A DNA stretch of 20,000 nucleotides from an uncultured virus (IMG/VR IMGVR_UViG_3300034082_002096) (IMGVR_UViG_3300034082_002096); one strand, 5' to 3'; shown: positions 1-8,310, numbered from the stretch's first letter. The notes: generated by a model not told the origin, from the letters alone. Program-made: numbers and translations.

Positions 1-286
1 TAGTAGTGGGGAAAAAGTCAAAGATCATGACTTGAAATAGCATACGTTTGCCATCATTGTTCAATATATCATTTGATTTAAATGTCAATGCCCTATTTGA
101 TACATTAATAAGATGACAACCATTTTCCATAAGAATTATAACAGCATCCTCAAAGCCTTTTCTGCTTTTTGGATAAATGTCGTAATCGTTTATTGTAGCT
201 TTTGTTGCAGTGGATAAGATAGAGCCACCAGCGATAAAACATTCAGTTAATCCAATAGGATCAAAATCTTTAGGTAATCTAGACAT
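1..286 (-). CDS. Partial (runs off window start) Pol-beta superfamily nucleotidyltransferase-like protein; not in the ORF track
   Basis: Manual translation from ATG at 286: MSRLPKDFDPIGLTECFIAGGSILSTATKATINDYDIYPK..., open to the window edge. IAGGS...NDYDIY fits the hG[GS]x9-13Dh[DE]h NTase motif. Confidence 0.65.
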   Translation of the reverse strand, partial: MSRLPKDFDPIGLTECFIAGGSILSTATKATINDYDIYPKSRKGFEDAVIILMENGCHLINVSNRALTFKSNDILNNDGKRMLFQVMIFDFFPTT

Positions 287-295
287 ATGCGTATC

Positions 296-529
296 CTAGT
301 TTATTATATTATTGTAAAAATATGATTTCTCTACAGTCTTAGACATACTGATTAGCTTTGCATCCATTGCCCTTAGTTGTGTAGAAAGTGCTTTCTTTTT
401 TAATTCATTGGTTTCTGCATCAATTCTTTTAACAAGCTTTGCTCGTTCTTCGCCAATTGCCCAGAACTTACTTTCTAATTTTCTGTGGTTCTTGACTTTT
501 TTCTTTCGTTCTGACTTACTTTCTCTCAT
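296..529 (-). CDS. Hypothetical basic protein, possible coiled coil (77 aa)
   Basis: ORF track; ATGA overlap with the upstream ORF stop at 526-529. Confidence 0.6.
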   Translation of the reverse strand: MRESKSERKKKVKNHRKLESKFWAIGEERAKLVKRIDAETNELKKKALSTQLRAMDAKLISMSKTVEKSYFYNNIIN

Positions 530-720
530 TTGGGTTCCTTAACAATATGATTATACCAAATATATTTTATAAAATCTAAAATAATTGTATTTCCTAATCC
601 TGCGATTAATCCAACAATTATTGGAAATAGCAGTGAGTCAAATGTAGCAGCACCGATACCTCCCATAATAGAAAATAATACAATTAGGATCATTCGTTGT
701 GGAAAAGTGTGATGATACAT
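526..720 (-). CDS. Small membrane protein (64 aa, two hydrophobic segments)
   Basis: ORF track; hydrophobic stretches ILIVLFSIMGGIGAA and LLFPIIVGLIAGLG; TAATG coupling to the upstream gene. Confidence 0.65.
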   Translation of the reverse strand: MYHHTFPQRMILIVLFSIMGGIGAATFDSLLFPIIVGLIAGLGNTIILDFIKYIWYNHIVKEPK

Positions 721-1343
721 TATTTTACCTCAATATCAATGTGTTGTAGTTCTTCCAAGCATATGAACTTAGTTCCATTAAAATCCATATTTCGATGTGA
801 GTGCCAATGACCAAATACCCACAACTCTGGTTTGTGAATTTCAAACATTGCTTGTAGTGCTTGTCTAGTAATAGAACTTTCTAACAGTTTATATTTGCCA
901 TAGAAAAAATCTTGTGCAACTTCTTGTGGACAATCATGTGTCAGCATAATGCGTGGTTTTGTTTTTTCATATGCATCCATAACAATACTGAAATCTCGTT
1001 GAGACAATTCTTCATCAGCCCACCAACTAATTCCTTCTACATTGTAGAAACGATCAATAGACATCGCACCACCACATACAAAAATTCCTGTTGCTGGATC
1101 ATATGTTCCATCACTAACGAAGTTAGGCATATGTTTGCATACTGAAAGATTGTCGTGATTACCACGAAAAAATTTATGTGTTGGATTGGCTAATTGCCAA
1201 TCCATTACAGATTTATCCCAATCTTGTGCGTTTCCATAACCTACACCGAAATCGCCAAGTTGAATAGAATAATCAGTATTTGAAACTACAGTTTTGTATT
1301 TTTCAAACTTTCGGTGAATGTCTCCAACTATGCGAATCTTCAT
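720..1343 (-). CDS. Calcineurin-like metallophosphoesterase
   Basis: Ordered motifs GDIH, GDFG, RGNHD, THDCP, FGHWH; RBS AGGAG upstream of ATG. Confidence 0.9.
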   Translation of the reverse strand: MKIRIVGDIHRKFEKYKTVVSNTDYSIQLGDFGVGYGNAQDWDKSVMDWQLANPTHKFFRGNHDNLSVCKHMPNFVSDGTYDPATGIFVCGGAMSIDRFYNVEGISWWADEELSQRDFSIVMDAYEKTKPRIMLTHDCPQEVAQDFFYGKYKLLESSITRQALQAMFEIHKPELWVFGHWHSHRNMDFNGTKFICLEELQHIDIEVK

Positions 1344-1362
1344 GATGAACTCCTTTGTATGT

Positions 1363-1391
1363 ATTCTACCTTATGGCTATACCAGAGTCAA
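1363..1391 (-). promoter_or_regulatory. Sigma70-like promoter TTGACT-17-TAGAAT
   Basis: Intergenic, upstream of the metallophosphoesterase RBS. Confidence 0.8.
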
Positions 1392-1396
1392 GTGTG

Positions 1397-1981
1397 TTAT
1401 GATTCCTCGGAATCTAAATAAACGTCCCACAACACATCATAACTTAATGGTGTGCGACCAATTTTTTCAGTATATATTTTATATTCTCTATATGTTGTTT
1501 TTCCATCTGGAAGAATACGATTATCTAGTTTTTCTTTTTCAATTTCTTTATTGCGAAGATCATTAAGACGCCATACATTAGACATCCATTCGACATATTC
1601 TTTTGAACTAGTGTCATGAATTTCATCATGTTTTTCTGTATCAGTAGTTTTGCTATCATCAGTTGACAATATATCTAAAAGATCATCGTCCATGATGCCA
1701 TCATGATTCCCTAACAGAGAAATTGCATTTTCTACGCTTTTTATAATTTCTTCTGGCGTCAAATTATTTTGCCAGTCGTTCCACTTATCATGATCAGGTG
1801 CTAACTCTATCTCTGTCCAGTGAGTATAACCCTGAGTTACACCATACTTGATAGCATAATGCGGATTGCTTGCAGTATACAGAATACCGCAATCTGTCTT
1901 GCAAGGAAATAGAATAATAGCATATTCATTTCCTGTTGGTGGATTAGTAATTAAATCATTCCATTTCATTGTTTTCTCCAT
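1397..1981 (-). CDS. Hypothetical acidic protein (194 aa)
   Basis: ORF track. GGAG lies upstream of the second Met (MKWND), so the true start may be slightly downstream. Confidence 0.7.
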   Translation of the reverse strand: MEKTMKWNDLITNPPTGNEYAIILFPCKTDCGILYTASNPHYAIKYGVTQGYTHWTEIELAPDHDKWNDWQNNLTPEEIIKSVENAISLLGNHDGIMDDDLLDILSTDDSKTTDTEKHDEIHDTSSKEYVEWMSNVWRLNDLRNKEIEKEKLDNRILPDGKTTYREYKIYTEKIGRTPLSYDVLWDVYLDSEES

Positions 1982-1988
1982 ATGTTTT

Positions 1989-2012
1989 GAGGGACAGGTT
2001 TCCCTGTCCCTC
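1989..2012. other. Perfect 10-bp stem-loop downstream of nadV (GAAA tetraloop on the minus strand)
   Basis: gagggacagg-tttc-cctgtccctc; followed by A's rather than a U-tract in the gene direction. Confidence 0.7.
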
Positions 2013-2020
2013 GTTTAATC

Positions 2021-3469
2021 TTACAAAATCAATTTAGCACGATCACGAATTTCTTCTAAACTGTCATCTATCAGAAGTTTGCCGTTAAGATATACAGAAC
2101 GAAGAAGATTAGTAGCACCAAATTTAGTAGCATAATCTTCTGATACTGTAATAACAGATGGACCTTTAGTAATACCTGTTTCGGTGATTTCAACAGAATT
2201 TGTATTATCAATTAGGACAAGACGACCTTTTTTAGAAGTTTTGCCTTTATCGGTAATTGGGTCTTTGTATACATCAACCCATTCTCCATTAATCAACGCC
2301 GCAGAACATTTCATAGCAAACTTTTGATCATCACGTTGTGGTGCTTGTAACAATGCCCCACCCATGCCAAATGCTACGTTATCTGCAGAAAATCCATTTT
2401 GTTTTAGACTTTCTAGAATATCTGTTACTGTGTCGATATTGATACCATCGCCTTGGATGATACGAACAACATTCAATACTTTATAGCCTTTGTCGTTAAT
2501 TGTAGAACCAAATGTTTTGTCCAGAAGTTTTGCAACTTTAGTTACAACTTCTACTGGATCGCCAGAGTCTGGACGAATTACAATAGTTGCACCACTGTCT
2601 ATTACTTCTTGGCGTAGTTCACCACCCCATAGATTTTCAACAGCATTAAAAATATCATAAGAATCAGATACTACAGCTACGATACTTCCCGGTTTTGCAA
2701 AGTTACGCAGCATATTGCGATATGCTTGTACTTCATTTTCACGGCCCCACGAAGTAATAGTAGAATGTTCAGCAGCAGGAATACTAAACCCTGCCATACG
2801 AGTATTGTAATATTTCCTATGGCCTACAATAGCACCAATAGTATCAGTTCCCATAAAGTTTACAAGATGGGCCATACCACCAATTTTTGCAGATTCTTTA
2901 CTGGAAGCACCACGTGCACCAAAATCATGCAGTTTGAAGTTGATCAACGAAATATCACCAGTGTCCATTAGGTATTTTGCAATTACTTTTTTGATTTCTC
3001 GTGAAGTAGTAGCAACTGTTACTGGATACCAAATTGCACGAAGTAGTGCAGTTTCCAAGAAAGTGGTTAATGGAAAGCAAATTGGATCAGTATTTTCGAT
3101 AGTTACCATAACATTGTGAACAGGAATTACTGTCCCTTCTGGAATAGCTTTGATTTCAACAGGCATAAAGCCATCATGAACTTTTACGATATGTTCCCAC
3201 ATTGCACGATTGAATGGTTCCCCATGTTCAGTCCAAATTTCTTCTGCAAAATCAATATCTTCCATAGTGATTCTTTTTAGCAGATATTCTTTGATGAACA
3301 TTTGAATACCAAAGAATACGGTTTCATCATATTTGCCACCCCGGCTTTCGATGTAACTATATACTTTTGTTGTGCCTGTTGGGTATTGGACCGTCATTGA
3401 TCCTTTATAGCTATCGCTGTCTACAATGATGCTATCAAAAATAGCATTGTTATTAAAAAAATCAAACAT
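2021..3469 (-). CDS. nadV: Nicotinamide phosphoribosyltransferase (NAMPT/NadV family)
   Basis: Motifs DSDSYK, LHDFGARG, SIPAAEHS, VSDSYD, IRPDSGDP, IIQGDG, FGMGGALLQ, KDPITDKGKTSKKG; 482 aa; RBS GAGGAG. Confidence 0.93.
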   Translation of the reverse strand: MFDFFNNNAIFDSIIVDSDSYKGSMTVQYPTGTTKVYSYIESRGGKYDETVFFGIQMFIKEYLLKRITMEDIDFAEEIWTEHGEPFNRAMWEHIVKVHDGFMPVEIKAIPEGTVIPVHNVMVTIENTDPICFPLTTFLETALLRAIWYPVTVATTSREIKKVIAKYLMDTGDISLINFKLHDFGARGASSKESAKIGGMAHLVNFMGTDTIGAIVGHRKYYNTRMAGFSIPAAEHSTITSWGRENEVQAYRNMLRNFAKPGSIVAVVSDSYDIFNAVENLWGGELRQEVIDSGATIVIRPDSGDPVEVVTKVAKLLDKTFGSTINDKGYKVLNVVRIIQGDGINIDTVTDILESLKQNGFSADNVAFGMGGALLQAPQRDDQKFAMKCSAALINGEWVDVYKDPITDKGKTSKKGRLVLIDNTNSVEITETGITKGPSVITVSEDYATKFGATNLLRSVYLNGKLLIDDSLEEIRDRAKLIL

Positions 3470-3525
3470 TTTAGAACTCCTCTAAATTATATTACATGTC
3501 CTCACTGGACTCGATTTTTACTAGC

Positions 3526-3554
3526 ACTATACTAGTAATTCTTATTTATGGTAA
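3526..3554 (-). promoter_or_regulatory. Sigma70-like promoter TTACCA-17-TATAGT upstream of nadV; the -10 lies within an inverted repeat (3518-3538)
   Basis: Direct reading of the minus strand; IR ttactag/ctagtaa. Confidence 0.55.
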
Positions 3555-3557
3555 CGA

Positions 3558-4526
3558 TTACTCATCACCAAAAAGTTTTTTCGCTGCTTCTTTCACAGCT
3601 TTATTCATAATCACTCGTTTCGCTGCAGCTATCAATTCTTCTACACTATATGATTTTTCTGCAATTTCTACGAAATCAGAAAGTGTCATATCAGAATCCA
3701 ATAATGCTTTTGCCGCATCTACCATATGCTTATATTCGTAAACTGATATTACTTCTTTGTATTCAGATTTTCCATCAGCAACATATACCACTGACGTATT
3801 GCGATAATTTGCAACTTTTTCTTCATAACTTTTTTGTTCTGCAAGTTCAGTTTCTTTTGCTTTATCAATTAGCTTATCAAGCTTTGACAAATCAATTGAT
3901 TTAGTATATTCGCCTTCCAATAGAATTCGTGATTCAATATCTTTACGGATAGCGACATTATCAATACCTAATAGTTGGTAGGCATTATCAATATCATCTT
4001 CTGAGTCACCATTAATAGTAATACCTAGTGCAACCAGCCCTTTACGACGCAATTCTATTTCATCATCGGCATCATCTAATTCAGCGTGTTCACTTCCAAA
4101 GGCAGTTTTGGTAACTGGATTAAAAGTGTTTCCTTTAGTTGGAATATATCCACGAAATGTTTTTCCATCGTGATAAATGATTGCGTAAACAGGGTGTTCC
4201 CAATCTCCACCAGCCATTACACCAATGTAAGTAAAGCCTGTTCCTAGCTGTTGGAACCCAAGTTGCCATTCAGACCCACTAAAATCTGCTTGACTAGTAT
4301 ATAGATTTTCAAGATCAAACTCAATCTTTTTCCAATCTTCACTTACTTTTGTAAGTAAATCGTGCATCAATAGATTATTCAATAGTGGAAAAATATTTCC
4401 ATTTTTTGCGTCAGTCAAACATTCAGAATCGATTTCTTCCAACTGATCATCTTTTAAGTTCGATGCATATTGAATAACAAGATTTTTAAATTGTACTTCT
4501 GTGACTAGTTGTGCTTTACGTGCCAT
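3558..4526 (-). CDS. Hypothetical acidic phage protein (322 aa)
   Basis: ORF track; conserved-looking core AGGDWEHPVYAIIY..GK.FRGYIPTKGN; TAATG coupling to the upstream gene. Confidence 0.8.
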   Translation of the reverse strand: MARKAQLVTEVQFKNLVIQYASNLKDDQLEEIDSECLTDAKNGNIFPLLNNLLMHDLLTKVSEDWKKIEFDLENLYTSQADFSGSEWQLGFQQLGTGFTYIGVMAGGDWEHPVYAIIYHDGKTFRGYIPTKGNTFNPVTKTAFGSEHAELDDADDEIELRRKGLVALGITINGDSEDDIDNAYQLLGIDNVAIRKDIESRILLEGEYTKSIDLSKLDKLIDKAKETELAEQKSYEEKVANYRNTSVVYVADGKSEYKEVISVYEYKHMVDAAKALLDSDMTLSDFVEIAEKSYSVEELIAAAKRVIMNKAVKEAAKKLFGDE

Positions 4527-4753
4527 TATTTTAATCCAATATGTTCATTAGCAATAATTGTATCTTCTGGTCGGGACTTTATATCCAACGAAACGCTTTC
4601 GCCATAACAGTTCCATTTTCCATCTACGACTTCAATGAAACCTGCACCAAGTAATTTTCCTAAACTTCCAATTTCACTATGCTTTGTATATGCTGGAAAT
4701 ATTACAATACAGTCATATAATCCAGTATCAAATGTGATATATTTTATTTTCAT
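4526..4753 (-). CDS. Small hypothetical phage protein (75 aa)
   Basis: ORF track; follows a promoter; globular composition. Confidence 0.75.
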   Translation of the reverse strand: MKIKYITFDTGLYDCIVIFPAYTKHSEIGSLGKLLGAGFIEVVDGKWNCYGESVSLDIKSRPEDTIIANEHIGLK

Positions 4754-4788
4754 TATGATCTTTTCATCTACTGTATCAGGTTGGTTCT

Positions 4789-4817
4789 ATATTAGCATGG
4801 TGACATAACAGTGTCAA
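4789..4817 (-). promoter_or_regulatory. Sigma70-like promoter TTGACA-17-TAATAT with extended -10 TG
   Basis: Intergenic, just downstream of the guaC stop. Confidence 0.8.
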
Positions 4818-4822
4818 GCAGG

Positions 4823-5956
4823 TTATTTTCCTATAGTGTTTCGCTCAAAAACTCGATTATGAGTATCATTACACCGTATGAAAGTTGCACGTTTTGGCAA
4901 TTCTTTAATGCTACTTGCACCAACGTAAGTGCAAGTGCTTCTAATGCCGCCCAAGATTTCTTGCAATACTATATTAATATCGCCTTTATATGGAACTAAT
5001 ACAGTGCGTCCTTCGCTAGTTCTATAATCTTTCAATCCGCCAAAATGTTTATCATTGGCAGTTTGGCTACTCATTCCATAAAATTGCACAAACTTTTTTT
5101 CAATTAATGCATCGGTTTGATTGCCAATATCATCAATATATACTTCACCAGTTTTATATAATTTTGTAATCACATTGCCGCCGCCTTGATCGGTTCCTGC
5201 AAACATACCTCCAAGCATAACAAAGTCGGCACCTGCAGCATACGCTTTTGAAATATCACCAGAGGTAGAACAACCACCATCTGCTATTACATGTCCACCT
5301 AATCCATGTGCCGCGTCTGCACATTCAATTATAGCACTTAACTGCGGATACCCAACACCAGTTTGAATGCGGGTAGTGCATACACTGCCGGGACCAATAC
5401 CAACTTTTACAATGTCAGCACCACTTAAAATTAGTTCTTCGGTCATTTCTCCAGTTACTACATTTCCTGCAATAATAATTACATTCGGAAACTCTCCTCT
5501 GAACTTTTTAACGAATTCAACAAAAGTTTGACTATACCCATTAGCAACATCAATACATACATATTTTATATTAACATCAATATGACTATAAACTCTTTTA
5601 AACTTATTATAATCTTTTTCAGTTATGCCTATGCTCATTGCCGTGTATTCGGTTCTACGATCATTATGCGAACCAAAGTAATCAATTAATTGTTGATCTT
5701 CATATGTTTTCACTAAACAAGTAAAAATGCATTCTTTTGATAATGTATTTGCTACTTGAATAGTTCCGACTCCATCCATATTTGACGCCATGATACTAAT
5801 GCCATCAAAATCGTAAGACACTGTTTCTGGATTTAGATAGTTTTTAAACTTTAACTTTCTAAAAAGATCAACATCTTTTCTGCTTGAAAGAGTAGAACGT
5901 TTTGGACGTATTAAAACATCTTTGAAGTCTAACTTAATTTCTTGTTCAATTCTCAT
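4823..5956 (-). CDS. guaC: GMP reductase (GuaC type 1)
   Basis: N-terminus MRIEQEIKLDFKDVLIRPKRSTL resembles enterobacterial GuaC; motifs DVANGY, KVGIGPGSVCTTR, ADGGC, FYGMSS, YRTSEGRTV, GGIRSTCTYVGA. Confidence 0.95.
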   Translation of the reverse strand: MRIEQEIKLDFKDVLIRPKRSTLSSRKDVDLFRKLKFKNYLNPETVSYDFDGISIMASNMDGVGTIQVANTLSKECIFTCLVKTYEDQQLIDYFGSHNDRRTEYTAMSIGITEKDYNKFKRVYSHIDVNIKYVCIDVANGYSQTFVEFVKKFRGEFPNVIIIAGNVVTGEMTEELILSGADIVKVGIGPGSVCTTRIQTGVGYPQLSAIIECADAAHGLGGHVIADGGCSTSGDISKAYAAGADFVMLGGMFAGTDQGGGNVITKLYKTGEVYIDDIGNQTDALIEKKFVQFYGMSSQTANDKHFGGLKDYRTSEGRTVLVPYKGDINIVLQEILGGIRSTCTYVGASSIKELPKRATFIRCNDTHNRVFERNTIGK

Positions 5957-5977
5957 ACAATGTATCCAATTTATGGT

Positions 5978-6006
5978 ATGGTTGGGGAATTTGATTCCCC
6001 AACCAT
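5978..6006. other. 13-bp perfect inverted repeat between the hypothetical gene and guaC (terminator-like or mRNA-stabilising hairpin)
   Basis: atggttggggaat-ttg-attccccaaccat; T-rich tail only on the + strand. Confidence 0.65.
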
Positions 6007-6013
6007 TATTTTA

Positions 6014-6550
6014 TTATAGTTCGGAAGTTTGGACACGAAGTCCCTTAAATGCCTTGGTGGCACCTTTGTTTTTGGTGTCAATTGCAGTAACGTATGCAAA
6101 TTGTGCATTATCTGCACCTTCACCAGTATAGAGCAAAACATCACCTTTTACGACTTTTTCGGGTTCACCTTGGAAATGAACAGTTTTACCATTCAAGCGA
6201 ACAGCGAATGTATAAGGCAGAACTTCTTCAAGTTGTGACTTATTGGCAAGAATGATTTTGCCAGTTCCTTTTTCTTCAATTAGATATTGATTTGAAGAAT
6301 TTGTTCCAACGTGGGTTCCATATGTAACACCACCATCATCTAGTTTGATTTGAAATAGAGTATTTGAAGTTGTCATTGCGTTTTGATCCTCATAATGTTT
6401 AACATCACTTTTGTAAAATGATTTGGTTGTGTTATTGTGTAAATATCTTGCATGTATTTGACTTGAGTATACATCTGTAACTTTTAGTGGCATTTTTCCG
6501 TAGTTGGAAATAATTATATCACCAACTTCAAATTTATCTTTATCTGCCAT
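6014..6550 (-). CDS. Hypothetical protein (178 aa); start revised from 6730 to MADKDKF
   Basis: AGGAG RBS at 6556-6560 and a promoter at 6581-6609 place the start at 6550; the longer version overlaps the upstream gene. Confidence 0.8.
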   Translation of the reverse strand: MADKDKFEVGDIIISNYGKMPLKVTDVYSSQIHARYLHNNTTKSFYKSDVKHYEDQNAMTTSNTLFQIKLDDGGVTYGTHVGTNSSNQYLIEEKGTGKIILANKSQLEEVLPYTFAVRLNGKTVHFQGEPEKVVKGDVLLYTGEGADNAQFAYVTAIDTKNKGATKAFKGLRVQTSEL

Positions 6551-6580
6551 TTTGGCTCCTACATCTTGGGTTATGTTTGC

Positions 6581-6609
6581 ATCGTATAGTATAACTTGTG
6601 ACTTGTCAA
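6581..6609 (-). promoter_or_regulatory. Sigma70-like promoter TTGACA-17-TACGAT
   Basis: Between the stop at 6618 and the RBS at 6556-6560. Confidence 0.7.
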
Positions 6610-6617
6610 GTAAAAAG

Positions 6618-6860
6618 TTATTTGCTCCAATTTTTATTTTCATATGGGCATATTTCTTGCACAGGGCATTTATCACAATACCAATTTTTTTTGTCAAAAA
6701 TACAACCCCATGGTGATAGCGTATTATCATATTTTTTTATTGGCATTGTATTACATACAGTAATACAAAGTTCTTGTAGTTTTTGATTATCTATTGCTAA
6801 TTTAACTTTTTTATTATCTACTAAACTATAATATTCTTCTTGTGTTAATATATATTGCAT
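6618..6860 (-). CDS. Small Cys-rich protein, possible zinc-binding C-terminus (80 aa)
   Basis: WGC...WYCDKCPVQEICPY motif. Confidence 0.75.
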   Translation of the reverse strand: MQYILTQEEYYSLVDNKKVKLAIDNQKLQELCITVCNTMPIKKYDNTLSPWGCIFDKKNWYCDKCPVQEICPYENKNWSK

Positions 6861-6864
6861 TATT

Positions 6865-7110
6865 TTATCCCCATCTTATAGCAAAATCTTCTGCAAAGTC
6901 TTTTCTGTCAAAAACGAAGTTTGATCCATACCAAGTATAATTATCACTTCCAATATTTTCATTACACCATTTATGTACTTCTGACCAATACAAGTGAGAA
7001 CCTAATTCTATAATAATATATCCATCTTTTTCTAATTCTTTGAGAGAAAATGATGCACCATGAAATTTTTCTGACAATGATTTTTTAGGAGGATATTTTG
7101 GATTAATCAT
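6865..7110 (-). CDS. Hypothetical phage protein (about 81 aa); start revised to MINPKYPP
   Basis: ORF track 6865..7191; ATG at 7110 directly follows the upstream stop at 7113. C-terminal WC..N.G...W....F.F....AE.FA.RW pattern. Confidence 0.7.
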   Translation of the reverse strand: MINPKYPPKKSLSEKFHGASFSLKELEKDGYIIIELGSHLYWSEVHKWCNENIGSDNYTWYGSNFVFDRKDFAEDFAIRWG

Positions 7111-7112
7111 GA

Positions 7113-7415
7113 TCAATCTTTTGGATGACCTTCTGTGCCATTTTTCCATGCATCTGAATATGGTATCAACTCTCTTGTATTTTTCGGCCAATCCTTTTTA
7201 GCCAAATCAGTTAGAGTGTCACAAATTGGGCATTTAAACAATATTGCTTCGTCACAATCTCCCCAACTTCCAGTATTGCGTGATGGATAATGACGCAAAT
7301 CAGACTTTTCTACTTCTAGTAAAGCTTCGCAACCATTTCCACCATTGCCACTACCAGTGCAAAGATGTTGAATATTCCATTTATCAGTGAACTTACCAAA
7401 CTCTAATACTTTCAT
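7113..7415 (-). CDS. Zinc-ribbon-like hypothetical protein (100 aa)
   Basis: CTGSGNGGNGC ... CPIC cysteine pairs. Confidence 0.75.
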   Translation of the reverse strand: MKVLEFGKFTDKWNIQHLCTGSGNGGNGCEALLEVEKSDLRHYPSRNTGSWGDCDEAILFKCPICDTLTDLAKKDWPKNTRELIPYSDAWKNGTEGHPKD

Positions 7416-7426
7416 TTTACATTTCT

Positions 7427-7594
7427 TTATGCTAGAATTAAATCTTCTATTTTTATAGTATATTTTCTATTATCGCTAACCGACTCACAGAATGCTAGGT
7501 TTTCATCGTCGTTAATTGCGGTAACTTTTAAAATTTTTGACATTCTTGGATTTAGGCATTTAACTAATGCACCTACTGTAATTACATCTTGCAT
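7427..7594 (-). CDS. Small beta-rich (SH3/KOW-like) protein, 55 aa; not in the ORF track
   Basis: Manual translation MQDVITVGALVKCLNPRMSKILKVTAINDDENLAFCESVSDNRKYTIKIEDLILA*; GAGGA RBS upstream; fills the gap between neighbours. Confidence 0.7.
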   Translation of the reverse strand: MQDVITVGALVKCLNPRMSKILKVTAINDDENLAFCESVSDNRKYTIKIEDLILA

Positions 7595-7624
7595 AACATA
7601 TTCCTCTAATATAGTAAGAAATTG

Positions 7625-7653
7625 ATCTTACTATACTAGTTATCCTTGGTCAC
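7625..7653 (-). promoter_or_regulatory. Possible promoter GTGACC-17-TAAGAT overlapping a 14-bp hairpin (7606-7639)
   Basis: Minus strand CTAGTATAGTAAGA-TCAATT-TCTTACTATATTAG, ending at the RBS. Confidence 0.45.
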
Positions 7654-7943
7654 ATGTTAGCCGTATTTTTCCATTTTTCTAACTTTTTGGAAAGAACCAT
7701 AGATAAATCATGTTCTATCAATGATGGATCGTATTGAGAAATAATATCAATGGCACAAGCAATTACGTCAATTGCTTCTCCAACGACCCCATCAGCACCG
7801 CATTCTTTATAAGATTTGCCTTCTGCAATTTGAATTTCTTGTGCAAGTTCGCCAACCTCAGTCATAAGGTGAGTAAGAATGTCTTGCATAGTTCTGTCAT
7901 TTTTTACTTCTTTTGTAGTATCTAGTGCATATTGTATAAACAT
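7650..7943 (-). CDS. MazG-like nucleoside triphosphate pyrophosphohydrolase (about 97 aa); start revised to MFIQYALD
   Basis: All-alpha NTP-PPase motifs EVGELAQE and EAID (ExxE...ExxD). Confidence 0.8.
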   Translation of the reverse strand: MFIQYALDTTKEVKNDRTMQDILTHLMTEVGELAQEIQIAEGKSYKECGADGVVGEAIDVIACAIDIISQYDPSLIEHDLSMVLSKKLEKWKNTANM

Positions 7944-7950
7944 AATTATA

Positions 7951-8310
7951 TTACCTATTATACCAAAGAATATATTTTGCATTTTCTGGTATTTCTTTAC
8001 GACCTTCGGTATAGTCGGAAGGACGACGAGTCACACCAATTAGTTTGAATTCGGAATTTACCAGATCACCATAACCATCATAGTCAATAAATGCTTCACA
8101 ATCACAGTTACTTTTCCATTCTTCAATTGACATTAGTTTACCACTATGTCCTTCTAGAATGTGATCAATCCAGCAATCTTCGAAATTGGCATAGCCCCAA
8201 TCTTCTGCTTCCTGAACAGACGCAAATTTATCGTCAGTAACGTTCTTTTCATCTTTTTCGTTTTTAATACACCAGCCATCATCAAAGTATACTTCGAGGT
8301 ATGTAGTCAT
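7951..8310 (-). CDS. Hypothetical acidic phage protein (119 aa)
   Basis: ORF track; AAGGA RBS; C-terminal FIDYDGYG...YILWYNR. Confidence 0.75.
   Translation of the reverse strand: MTTYLEVYFDDGWCIKNEKDEKNVTDDKFASVQEAEDWGYANFEDCWIDHILEGHSGKLMSIEEWKSNCDCEAFIDYDGYGDLVNSEFKLIGVTRRPSDYTEGRKEIPENAKYILWYNR

Noticed and set aside
63..88. TTGACA...TATATT promoter-like match
   Set aside because: Spacer is only 14 bp and it lies within the nucleotidyltransferase-like ORF.
6551..6730. N-terminal extension of ORF 6014..6730
   Set aside because: It overlaps the upstream gene and contains the promoter and RBS for the start at 6550.
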